Below, in pieces: positions 52,434 to 64,000 of a stretch of 64,000 bases of DNA. Every line of letters begins with the position of its first letter. Within the stretch, counting starts at the first letter, position 1. The notes beneath the pieces are model-generated. The model worked only from the letters and a program-made list of their open reading frames with translations. It had not been told where the DNA came from and did no database searches. Source of the DNA: Haliotis cracherodii (Eukaryota). The position numbers and the translations under genes are program-made. The stretch covers positions 44,082,001 through 44,146,000 of the forward strand of contig NW_027266286.1 in assembly GCF_022045235.1 (NCBI RefSeq), written 5' to 3'.

Positions 52434-55299
52434 GGTCCTTAGATGATGCAATACAACTTACACAAGATACACGTCCACCGTCGAAATGTACCTCCAGTCA
52501 TAGCAGAAAATAAACCGGAAGTGACCGTGAAGCCCCCTAAACATGGGGTGCTTACGCTTCCCGTGCAAGCGTTGGGATACACGAAATCTACAGGCTGAAA
52601 GCGAGGATTATATGCGGTTCCGTGGCACACAACTCCGTTGCCTTACACAAAGAGCAAAATAATTAACATTAGGCAATGCAGCTATTGCAGTGTTCATTTT
52701 TCAGGAGCTCTTGAAATTGAAGAGATCTTAAAGTTTTTCAAAGTCAAAGTAATTACGAACCCGTAAATCAAAAGAATTATCTGGCTCCAGCAATCGAGAG
52801 CCTCACACAAATGATGCTTGATATCAAATTGGACCTAATGCCATTTAACTAGAAAGGGAACCTCTTAAAATGTCCATCGTCATCTTCTCCGAAGGATATT
52901 AACTAAAATGAATGGTTCCATTGTGTGGTTTACAGTTATCCGTGAAGTATTACTCTGCTAACGGAATAAGCCGAGTGGATCCGAATGCACAGTCACGTTC
53001 ATGTAAAGTCCTGTTGCACAGTAATTGCCATTATACCGACTTGATCAAATTCTGAATTCAATACATCAAAAGATGCCTGTAAACCAATAACTGCTGGTAT
53101 AAGTGCCACGGTAGTTACAAAAGACGAAATATTCTGTGCCCTTCACTCAAAACAATTTCAAATGTATAATGAAACCTTGTTAATCCGGATGGTGCGGTCG
53201 ATAGTAAATCATCCGGATTAGCAAAAGTCCGGATTATGGATGGTGACTTATGTTACTCTAAATATACCTGTGGGGTTTCCGGATTAACGGGGTTTCGCTG
53301 TATTTTTATATTTATTTTCAGGTTATACTCCGACTACTACTTTCTGGACTATGGAACGTCACCTGAGTCGTTCCATAAACATGTTCTGCTTTCCGTCAGA
53401 ATGATGAAGAACTGTTTCCGGAACAATTCTGTCAGAAGATGCATGTTTAGTTTGGAATTATATACAATAAACTGCCGGTATTTACTTTCTTTAAGTTAGT
53501 TGCAGCTATAACACTAATGATACAATTGCAGTATATCGGATATCAGACATATTTGTTTGATGCTTCAACGGCGACAGTTGGCCATATTGACAAATATATG
53601 TTCCTATTGCTTATTAATAGTAGAAAAATTGATCGCAATGCACAAATTGGTTTAAATTATACGAAATTTGACAGCAGCCCAATTCATTCACATATATATA
53701 TATGCAAATTTTAGAAATTCAATTAATCGGACTACAACTTGTTGACGTCCGATATATACGTTGAGAATTTATTAAAGGTAACATATGTTGGGAGAAGACC
53801 TATTAATCACACTGGCATTGTTTAGTCGAGCAAACATAGAAGGGGGAAAACAAACTTGGAAACTCTTGTTAGGGCGGCTCTTCACGCACCAAAATGCTTA
53901 TGCCTTGCCTAAATGGCGGAAGGTATCGGAAATACTGCAATCTCGCCAAAGGATATATCTACATATCTACAAAATCCCTCTGTCCCTGAAACAGTAGCTC
54001 GATATTATATCAAGTGTGTCATGAAATCGATTGTGCTTCATAAAACTGTATATTCAGAACTTATGCATATTTCACACATATTCACACTTAAAAGATAAAG
54101 TTATGAGTACATTTTTTCTTTAAAAATAAACTGACTTGCCCTTACTATTCATGTAGCCTTCTGGCTGAAGCGTTCGATTGTCACGTCGAAGACCGAGTTC
54201 GATTGCTCACATGCGTACAATATATGAAGCTCAATTCATGTTTCTTCCCGCGGTGAAATAGCTGGAATAGTGCTTATAGCTGCATAAAACCTGCTCACTC
54301 ACTCGAGCGAACGAGAGATCAGAATCTCAACACCTAACAGCTGCTTCAATGCACGTGGACGGCAAATTGTAATGTCTTTCGTCTTTTGGTGTTGATCACA
54401 AATAGTCTGATTGGAAGATACAAACCCGTCCGATAAAATGTATCATAATCTCAAGCCAACGTAATTTAGTTTCGAACTACAAACGTTACAGTAGTGGCAA
54501 GTACATGTACGCTGAGCCCCTTGATTACGAAAATACTAAACGTATAAGGTGCCCTTTGATATTCTTCTGAGTATCGACCCAAACGCTTGTTTGTGTACTT
54601 ACAAAGACACACCGACAGAAAGGTTTTTAAAGTCTTCCCGTGTGTACACGGCCAAATCCAGTTGTCTCGAACTCGGATGTGTCGAATCCCGGTTATGTAG
54701 AACTCACACTCCGCCCCGGCAAACTCTTCCAATATTTAACACCAGTTTGATATGTCGAACTGGATGTGTTATCTCGAAATCAATTTGTTGTCCCGAGAAT
54801 TATAAATTAAAAAAACTTTCCCTGATGAGTCTAACTAATATAAAATTCAAAACTGCAAAACCGTACCGATGAAATGCAAAATAGATATATAGCCCAAAGC
54901 AACAATTCGTCTTAAAAGTTATTTATTTGTCCATACCAACTCGTCACTATAATGTCAAATATTGTCATGGTGGGTAGAAAAGTTGGATCAAGTGGATCTG
55001 CACTGAAAGCGGAACAGCCCGTCATTCGCGCGTGACATTTGAGCGTGCTAGACCTATCTACTTATGTCTTGACTGTAATAAAATCATGTCAAATGAAAAG
55101 CCTAAATTAGAAGCTTATCTTTCTTTGGTGTTATTAAAGGGAATATACAATGATAATCTGTAAGCTATTCTCAAGGCAGTGTTATTGATTTTCTTGGTCT
55201 TGCTATTCAGTTAATTTCAAATGCAAATAATAAAATATACAACACGAACTCAACATATCATTACATTACGATACATGGTGAAATCCACAGATAATTTGA

Positions 55300-55456
55300 G
55301 TGCGGTCGGGTAGCCTCGGGGTAGAAGCTTCGCTTCTCACGCCGAAGACCCGGATTCGATTCCTGGTACAATGTGTAGCCCATTTCTGGTATCCCCCGCC
55401 GTGATATTGCTGGAATGTTGCTAAAAGCGGCGTAAAACCATACTCACTCACTCACT
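55300..55456 (+). mobile_element. SINE family 1
   Basis: Same consensus; TSD CACAGATAATTTGA. Confidence 0.85.
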
Positions 55457-56586
55457 CACAGATAATTTGAAAACATTGGTAATTCAGGTTTATGATTATT
55501 GCAGGGGGTGCACTGACAAAGGTAAGACCGCAAATCAAGTTTCATATTGTGAAAGAGATGGTCTAGATCACCCAACTGTTAGTCAAATTTTTTTTTCTGT
55601 TGAGAGTAATTTCAGAATAGAGGTTTTGAGACTATCCCTATGTTCCGGGATGTCCCTCGGCTGTTATGTTTATTGTGCAGACCCCCTTGTAATAGCAGGC
55701 ATTGAATCACGAACAATTACATGACAGTTTGTTAAATAACTTGTTCAACCCATCATGACAATGACTGTAATGATGGTGACGGACAAATAAATACCTTTCA
55801 TGCCATTAAAGACAAATTGTTGCTTTGTGATTTATATCTATTTTACAGCAAGCGGACTATATATAGTACGTTGAATTTTATAATCTTTATAACTTGCATA
55901 TACAAGTATGAATGGAGCTTTGATAAATGCTTCCGGGTTTGTTTATTTTTCTTATCCTATGCTTTCTGTTATCTTAAGGTAATAAGGTCTGTTCGGTTGT
56001 GTCAAATTCGGATAAGTCGAACCATTTATCAGGTCCCCAGGAATTCGAGACAACTGGATCTGGCTGTACTTTTAAAACAAATAAACGCACTATTAAATGT
56101 TAAAACATTTATTCACATGCCGTTCCATATGAATTTACGATATATCATTAATAAATGTCGACATAAAGTACACATAGTTTACTTTAAGGGTAGAGTAATT
56201 TATCAATTTCAAACCCAAACGTGTATAAGTCGGACTGGGTGTTGACAGTAAATGCTGACTTTCTACATGACCTTAATAGTTGACCTATCCCAGCCGTGAC
56301 ACGTGTCATCGCGTCCTTACCGTAAATAGCTCCAAACGTGACTGATTGTATATGACATCCATAAGACTCAATGGCTTGTCATTTATTCTCTCGCACTGTT
56401 CGAACAGAACGCCTTGTGTTTGAATTGAACAAGGACAGTGATAGTTATACGAAGAACTAGACACTAACCTTTGGGACATCGCAATATTTAGTATTCAAAG
56501 CTCTAAAACGGTTTCAGCTGATGACATTCTGGACGCGGACTTTAAAATATGAACACAACATACCCGTATCGCTTTGGATTACATTC

Positions 56587-56754
56587 GGGGCGGTCGGGTA
56601 GCCTAGTGGTTAAAGCGTTCACTTGTCACGCCGAAGACCCGGGTTCGAATCCCGACATGGGTACAATGTGTGAAGCCCATTTCTGGTGTCACCGCCGTGA
56701 TATTGCTGGAATATTGCTAAAAGCGGCGTAAAACCAAACTCACTCACTCACTCA
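56587..56754 (+). mobile_element. SINE family 1
   Basis: Near-consensus copy; TSD ~ATTACATTC. Confidence 0.9.
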
Positions 56755-57725
56755 CTTGTATTACATTCTCCCGTTGATTTCCCCAAAGGGTTCCATTTTG
56801 ATAAGACGGTATTTCATCCATCGCGAATCCCTTTAGGGTTGATCTAGTTCTGGATATCACAGAAGGGTTATTTGTCGGACAGTTGATTGATATCTAAGAA
56901 CGAGTGAATACACTTTTGGGGATCTCAGTACCTGTCCGGTCGTTTTGTTAAGTGGTCTCTATACACCATAGCCTGGTGCTGTCAGCGCGCAGTACAAGCT
57001 AGTTTCCAAAACAACAATGTAGGTCACGTACGATGGAGTAATACAATATCCCTGGTATCACAAGATGTATGTGGAATACAAACAAAACACTTGTCACCAA
57101 TTAAAGCTCGTACCACTTCACTTAAGCTTATCACATACCATGAAACAGGCTGGTGATGAAGCTGAACCTGACCAATAGAGTTGTCACATCTGTTCAGTCA
57201 GTATCAACGAATTAACCATAAGTAATGAACCTTGTTCTTTAACTCTCTTGTTGCTGGTTTGGGTGTAATCTTCACCAAATAACGCATACGTCGGAGACTT
57301 AAAATCGGCTGGTAACGTGTCGGTTATATGTAGTAGAGTGGAATCTTTATCACTTACAGCATGCATTGTAGTCTTACAAATCGGCATGAATCTATAGTCG
57401 TTATACGGGTGATGCATCAATATAGACTGTTCAGACGTTCATTTATTAAACAGAATCACATGATATCGCAGGATCACGTGATATCACAGGATGTGATTGG
57501 TTTTCATTGAGAAATGTTGACAACACTCTACACTGATGCCAAGACAAGACACTGTTGACACATGGCCTGACCGTGTCCCACGCTACTATCACGTGCTACA
57601 TTACTCTACGTCAACATGTATGTGATTTGAAAAGTGGGTCATTTGACGCCTCTGACCTGATCCAGCGCAACTCCTTGCAACGTCAGTGACCTAGGGGTGG
57701 AACAATAATAAACCACGATCTTAGC

Positions 57726-57780
57726 TGCTGAGTCATGCTAACTTGTACAATGTTATCTCGATATCTACTTAATATATAAA
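57726..57780 (+). promoter_or_regulatory. Putative promoter of the ATP-grasp gene: ARE/MARE plus TATA box
   Basis: TGCTGAGTCAT (57726-57736) is the NF-E2/Nrf2 consensus. TATATAAA is at 57773-57780. A donor CAG|GTAGGC follows at 57866/57867. Confidence 0.55.
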
Positions 57781-59382
57781 CAGAATATACTGAGAAATAT
57801 TTATTCTGAAGGAAGGTTTGACCAGAACCAGGCCAAGGAGCCCAGCAAGACTTTGACCATAGTCAGGTAGGCACTATCGGGATTATGTATATGTGAAGTA
57901 AAATATTTCTATGTTGTAACCATTTTTGTAAACGTTTATGCCATTCACTTGCTATTATGAAACTGGAAGATGTTGCTCACCTAAATGTTTGCATGAATTA
58001 TTGTAAATTGATAATGAAACCCTTATTTTGGAATATAATGCTTTGTCAATCAGAAGTGTCAGTTCACAGTAACCACCTCTGATTGAAACAGATGATTTGA
58101 CGACCGTATAACTGCAATTATTTCTTTCTTTTTTATTGTCGGGAAATAACTATATATACATTTGTAGTTTTCACTGTGGTCCTGAAATATATATATACAA
58201 TGCATGTAGGGCAATACATCCTGTTCAGAAAACGACGAGGACAGTTATTTCAACATTTTGAAACAACGGGGAGATTAAAATTTATCATGTTTCTACCGCC
58301 GACTGTGATGTCATATCCGTTTCGTAGCGTCACGATGAACGTTCATAATAGAGCTATATTTTGAACTACTTGCTATATTTACTTCATGGCTTACGAAGTA
58401 GCTGTGTTGTGCATTTACGATGCCTCTGATATATGCGAGTAATTTATGAAGAATATCAATGTAAAAAAATATTTTGAGTATATATACAGCGACAGGTTTT
58501 ACACTGCTTTACCTATATATGTGACGGCGCTCATTTGACATTTGAAATCATACGCTGATTTAAAAATATTTCAATAGGAAACCGCCCCTGAGAACTTGTT
58601 TTGCGTATAAAGTATGTTTCTAAGTTATGTTCGTTAAGTTGTAAAGATTATTGAACAACATTGGAGATGTGATCAGGTAACAGGTTATGGTATAACGTAA
58701 ATACCGCTCGAAGTGACGTTAAACCAAACTGCCGACGCACTTGTTTCAATTCAAATACCAAATCCATCACATTTATACCTTCTAAATAACACTAACTTGA
58801 TGACTGAAGTTGGTCGTAGCTTTTATACACAATATAGTTGAGTTAGATGCTGTACCTTATTAGGCTTGATTATGTTTGACACGAAGAAATAATTACCATA
58901 GGTTTTATAATAATTGTTAAAATTGTTTTGTAAATCTCATGTGTTCCTCATTTGTTCATTTACCTTAGAATATATGTTAAGTTTTATACTTCGTGCTTTC
59001 AAGTTATACCCGTCAAATATGTATTTGTTACATTAAACGTATATAAAAAAAACGTGCCATGTCCTTTACATTTGTGGCCTTTGAGGCAATGAACAATATG
59101 TAAAAATATTGCATTCAAATATCAAATGGCTTCAGTTTTACCCTTTATTAATCTTCGTGCAGGCCTTTCTGATCATGAATATAAAGAAGGTCTTCGGAAA
59201 ATAGTGCTAAGAGTCTCCTTCCGAAACCCCTTTCAGCAATAATTACTTACTGCTATTGTTAAAAGGGGAAAAAGGAAAGTAATCATTTATCAGTTCATAT
59301 AGTAATGAGTTATGCATAAGTTTTATATTTGTTGTTGTTGTTTTTTTAATCGAGCTTTATCACTTTTCAGTTTAAGAAGAAC

Positions 59383-60333
59383 ATGTCCAGTAACGGGAAA
59401 TACAAAATAATTGTCCTTCATGACAACAAGGAATGGTTTTCCTTCCTGAAAGAAGCATTCAAAGAATATGACGTCACAATGGAACAGTGGATCTCTGACG
59501 AAATAGATTTTGATGTAACCTCTGACCCCCCTAAAAATGCTGTCTTTTACAACCGATGCAGTCCATCTTCTTACGTCAGAGGACATCGCCTGTCTCTGGA
59601 TCAAGCAAGGGTAATAATTCAATGGTTGAGAAGTCACAACCGGATCGTTGTCAACGGGGAGATGGCTATTGACGTGGAGGACAGCAAAGCCTATCAATAT
59701 GTGATGGCGAAAAAGAGTGGACTCAACGTACCAAAGACAATCTTCACATCCAACCCAACTGCACAACTGATTGAAGAAAACTTTGGAAAAGATTCAGCAT
59801 TCGTTATCAAACCAAACCGAGGTGGGAGAGGCCTCAACGTGAGAAAGTTCGACAACCTAGCTGATTTCGAACACGACACGGAGCCACTTCAATCCACAAC
59901 TGGTCTCTACGTCATCCAAGCTTTCATTCCGTTGACCAGCGGACTTTTCCGGGCGGAATTTGTTGGCAAGAAATACCTGTACACCAGCAAGGCTACGGCC
60001 TGCGATGGTTTTAACTCCAACTTTTGTCCGTGTGAGGTACCACGCGACCGGTTCAAAATTCTCCCCGATTTGGAGGATCCTTTCATTGAGAACTGTACAA
60101 ACTTCTTCAGAACGACAACCCTTGAGAACGGTGCCATTGAGTACATTTATGACGCCAATGGTGTTCCATACGTCATTGACATCAACTGCAACACGGGTTA
60201 TAACACCGAGGCGGAAGATGAAGCTGGTTCCAAACAGGGTTATGTTGAAGTGGCCAAATACGTCTACAGCAGAGTGACCGAACTAAGGAAATCTCATGCT
60301 GAAAAGTTGAAGCGCTTAGATGTGATTCAATAG
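59383..60333 (+). CDS. ATP-grasp ligase, bacterial RimK/glutathione-synthetase-like family, 316 aa, intronless CDS
   Basis: Clean ORF with acceptor TTTTCAG at 59370, just 12 nt before the ATG, and AATAAA at 60411. Motifs: HDNKEW, VFYNRCSPSSYVRGH, WLRSHNRIVVNG, KAYQY, VIKPNRGGRGLNV (ATP-binding Lys plus Gly loop), VIQAFI, RAEFVG, IEYI, IDINCNTGYN. Confidence 0.9.
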   Translation: MSSNGKYKIIVLHDNKEWFSFLKEAFKEYDVTMEQWISDEIDFDVTSDPPKNAVFYNRCSPSSYVRGHRLSLDQARVIIQWLRSHNRIVVNGEMAIDVEDSKAYQYVMAKKSGLNVPKTIFTSNPTAQLIEENFGKDSAFVIKPNRGGRGLNVRKFDNLADFEHDTEPLQSTTGLYVIQAFIPLTSGLFRAEFVGKKYLYTSKATACDGFNSNFCPCEVPRDRFKILPDLEDPFIENCTNFFRTTTLENGAIEYIYDANGVPYVIDINCNTGYNTEAEDEAGSKQGYVEVAKYVYSRVTELRKSHAEKLKRLDVIQ

Positions 60334-60704
60334 TGGATGCAGGGCATCTGACCGCTGACTGTATGAGTTAAGTATAATACGATAGATCATCAACATTATC
60401 ACAGTATTCAAATAAAATTTCAACTATATCAACTAAATTGTTTGTAATTCTTCATATAATGATACACTTTGTCGAACGACGACAAAGATATGAGACACAC
60501 TGTGATGTCCTATGTTTGTTTGTTGTTGTCCATGCCTCACTTAGCTTTATTCCAGCTATATGACGGCGGCTGTAAATAATCGAATCTAGACCAGGGAATC
60601 CAGTGATCGATATCATGAGCATCGACCCAAGTCGTCAGGGTACAATTACGCGCAATCAACCACTTCACCGTGCCTGATTGGTTCTACCCCTGTTGTCAAA
60701 CATA

Positions 60705-60900
60705 CATAAAATCCATCAAACACATGTACCGGATTATATAGAATCCATCAAACATGTATACCGGATTATATAGAATCCATCAAATATCCATACCACACTA
60801 TATCAAATCATTCAAACATGTGTTTCAGACTATATACAACCAGACTATATGTAAACATACAAGTCAAATGTTCATATATCATGAAATCCATCAAACATAC
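60705..60900. repeat. Degenerate ~32-bp tandem repeat
   Basis: AATCCATCAAACA...CCGGATTATATAG repeated. Confidence 0.7.
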
Positions 60901-61551
60901 GTACATACGAAACTCAACATAAGATGTTGTTAAAATGTTCTCCGCAATTTGAGAATATTGTCAATGTCATGATAAAACTGTTCCGAGAATAGAGAACATG
61001 GTCTATCTATTTAAACAATTTGAGAAAGTAACAATTCGTCATGTTAACTTTGTTTGGGGTTAGTCCATTGTATGGATAGGTTTCAGCCAATGGATTAGTA
61101 ATCCCCTCAACCATGACCTATGTGCTTATATAAGATAGCTACGCGCTAAATCGCAAAGTGTTCATTTCACGACAAAACATTGTTCTATCATGACGTCATT
61201 TCTTGAGATTCCAACATGCGTTCGCAACTTGATGACGTCATGTATTGGACGACGTTACTAGCCCCTATCTCACATTCACGAATGAACACGATTTAACGTT
61301 TTTCCTTAAATCGTGTTAGAACGTATGAAGGTCGCGCACTCATTCGTGTTCATTCGTGCCTCGTACCATCAGCATAGGTTGTTGGGGACCAAATTTAACC
61401 CGGAATCCCAACAGGATGGGATATATTTGGAAAATATATGTACCTTCACATTAACTTTGCTGAAAGTGTAAAGTATGATGTGATTCTTGTTCGATTATTG
61501 GAGTGATGCTATTGATTCATTCATGATAACATCATACACAACAATAACAAG

Positions 61552-61865
61552 AGACCGCCCCCGTGGTCTTGTGGTAGAGTGTCCGCCCGGAGAGCGGGGG
61601 GTCCCAAAAGACGTTAAAAGATGGTACTTTTGTTACCCTTTCTGGCGCTCGGCATGAGGGGCTAAAACAAGGACTGGTCGGCTCGGAATCAGTATACCAT
61701 GGCTGAGTGGGGTAGTCATGTTAAACTGCGGCATGGTATCTCAGTGGGCTAGCACTATAAATCGACATAGTACAAGCTAGCAACACACACACACTTACGT
61801 GCATGCACGTCGCAATATAAGTGCAATTATCTTGGAGTCGACGTTAAACCCTTTTTCACCTCAAC
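61552..61865 (+). mobile_element. SINE family 3 (B box deleted)
   Basis: Matches the family consensus. Confidence 0.8.
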
Positions 61866-63005
61866 CTTATCGTGAAGTGTTAGTTTCCCTGAAATGTGCA
61901 CGGGGCCGCTGCATGTAGATTCGTCCTTAGTATAAACTTTGGCTCATTTGGGTGCTACACTCCTAAGCTAAGCTGCCGCGCCCTGATTCAGCTTAAATAC
62001 TGCACAGTCCACCCAACTTCACCGATTAACTCACCCAGCTGTTAAAGGAATTAAGTTCATAAGCCTTGAATATAGTAGAATTGGTTGCAGATTCAGAGTG
62101 ATACACTCGTGCACACTCATTACTCTATATAATGATGGGTATCCCCGACTTACTTAATAGGTTGAAGCTTACATTTTATATACGTATTGTAAACATAACT
62201 TATGTGTATATTTTTACCGGTAGTCAAAGTGACCACGAGGCATTATAGGATTGGCAATAATGTAATACAACAATGATACCATGCAAAACATTACATAAAA
62301 TCATAGAATGTATTTAATTACCGGATTTGCTTAGAAGTAATACCAGCATAATCACATTAACCTAATACCATAATCTTATATACCACACATGTCCACGACA
62401 CAATGGAGGTGTAACGAGTGATCGAAGTATACATACATCGCAATCTTCCATACCACGGTGGCATTTTATTGATGTGATACTGAAAAAGCAATACTGTTGG
62501 CTTTCTAGACTATCAAATGTGTCGATAGACGTGATACAGGGGTTTGATATGGCTGTTTCTGCTCTTTCTGTTCATATAAGCGTTTAATACAAACTCGTTG
62601 TCAAGTCAGAACCTGTGCATTTACCTGTAGTAACAATAAAAAAATAGTTACCCAAAATATTTCCGGTGTAATGTATTTGATACTTAATATTGCGATTGCA
62701 TGGCAATATAATACTAATTTAAACAATTGCAATACTATTCAAATCTCGCTATCATCGTTCGTCCATATTTTAACAAATACAATTATTTATATTCTATCCA
62801 AAAGCATAACTGTTTTTTCAAATATTAATCACAGTCTTATTTATCACTCTGGTATGTTAATGTAGGTCATCAGTACATAGTATTCACAGTGTCTCTTTGG
62901 GCATATACAGTTGCTTAAAACGTGTAAGGTGTGATTTACATCGTATACACTCTGTGTTTATGAACATATACATGGGTTGATATATGTAAAAACTATGTGT
63001 GTGTA

Positions 63006-63271
63006 GGTGGCCCAGTCGTCTAAGGCGCCGCGATTCGCTGTGCAGAGTTGCGTCCCTTGGGCACGCCAGCTATGATTGTGGGTTCGGATCCCGGTTCGCC
63101 CCGATTATGTTTCTAGGTCTGTTAGCACCATATCCGTGCTCGTGGGTTTCACCGAAGTGGTAAACGTCGGAGACCTGCATCACTTCGGGCTTTCCTCCCA
63201 CATTAAGCTGACACGCCGTGATATAACTGGAATAATGTTAAAAAGCGGCGTTAAACCCAACTCACTCACAC
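63006..63271 (+). mobile_element. SINE family 4
   Basis: TSD ACTATGTGTGTGTA. Confidence 0.85.
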
Positions 63272-64000
63272 ACTATGTGTGTGTACCTCTCACATCAAAC
63301 TGATAGGCAAAGGAAGTTAAATAGGTGCACAGATCTTTGTTTTCAGACTATGGTCAAGGTAGCATTGTTAAGACAAAGAAAAGAGCGCTAAACATTTTGT
63401 CAGTTCTAGTGTATATCATGTATTAAGTTGAATATTTACCAAATTACAATAATCCTTGTGCTTAATCATAAACTGTAAAACATGAAATATATTTCAACAA
63501 ATTAATGTGGAACATTGCTATATATAGGTGATTTGACGACACACACAGGCTGAGTGTTGTGAACATGAAAATAATGACGGTATATGTACTGTTTACTATG
63601 AATTTCATTTATACCAGTTAATTGACAAAGTGGTTAGGTGGAAAAAAATGAACCTTATTTTATGTCGTATCCGAATAGTTACCACCAAACACTACATTAT
63701 TATTTACTGTTTATTGTTGTACACCGGAGATTCAAACGACACTATCTTCAGCCTTATCTTTTACTACGCACTATGATAACAACAGCTGGGTATATTCTCA
63801 ATGACTGCTTCAGTATAGCACCCGAAAGTATGGCGTTGGTTCGCTTTTCTTTCTTCTGACGATTGCTCTTGTTTCGCTATGGCACTGAGGCGGTACGTGC
63901 ACACATATTACTAAAAAGTATTTGTATTTACTGTATACTTCAGTGCGAAAGATTGAGTTTTTCGAAGTTGAAAAGGTGAATGTTTTATTGCAGTGAACTT

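Larger units (their letters stand above)
46078..53477 (+). pseudogene. Carbohydrate sulfotransferase 15 (GalNAc4S-6ST)-like, incomplete and probably pseudogenised
   Basis: Exon ~46078-46353 (type II TM LWMYLCVIVLGTVVLMCTFAY...VEDLFCS); 48962-49081 (TFADYIDMFGNAS); 49647-49803 (GDGTPMDLWD...LTPHLL...LLILRNPIDR); 53322-53477 (LYSDYYFL...FHKHV...CF...VRRCMF). Together these form the 3'-PB motif RNPIDRLYSDY. Exons for the 5'-PSB motif (KxGTT) and the C-terminus were not found. There is an apparent 2-nt insertion near 53460. Confidence 0.75.

Overview
This is AT-rich animal genomic DNA with spliceosomal introns. It is probably from a mollusc (gastropod/abalone-like), inferred only from the SINE families. 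There are two N gaps (670-800, 8709-8880). Left to right: (1) One end of a Maverick/Polinton element (~1-4079). It carries a minus-strand packaging ATPase fused to a C2H2 finger and a poly-proline LDKHPPPP linker, a small basic ORF, and a terminal region rich in Oct/CRE/RFX/YY1 motifs. It sits downstream of exon 3 of a host gene. (2) A minus-strand PM20D2-like (M20 amidohydrolase) tandem cluster: a complete 6-exon copy, a copy with only exons 1-3 visible, and a frameshifted orphan exon 1 abutting a mariner remnant. (3) A non-LTR retrotransposon 3' fragment with a restriction-like endonuclease (REL). (4) A 51-bp minisatellite. (5) A 13-exon LRRC74-like LRR gene whose exon-8 splice acceptor has been amplified into a ~70-copy 24-bp minisatellite. 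(6) An incomplete, frameshifted CHST15-like sulfotransferase. (7) An intact bacterial-type ATP-grasp ligase with an intronless CDS and an apparent eukaryotic promoter (Nrf2-type ARE, TATA), 5'-UTR intron and polyA signal, making it a candidate domesticated horizontally transferred gene. At least four SINE-like families, many with 11-15 bp target-site duplications (TSDs), are scattered throughout. All coordinates were read by eye, and repeat boundaries are approximate.
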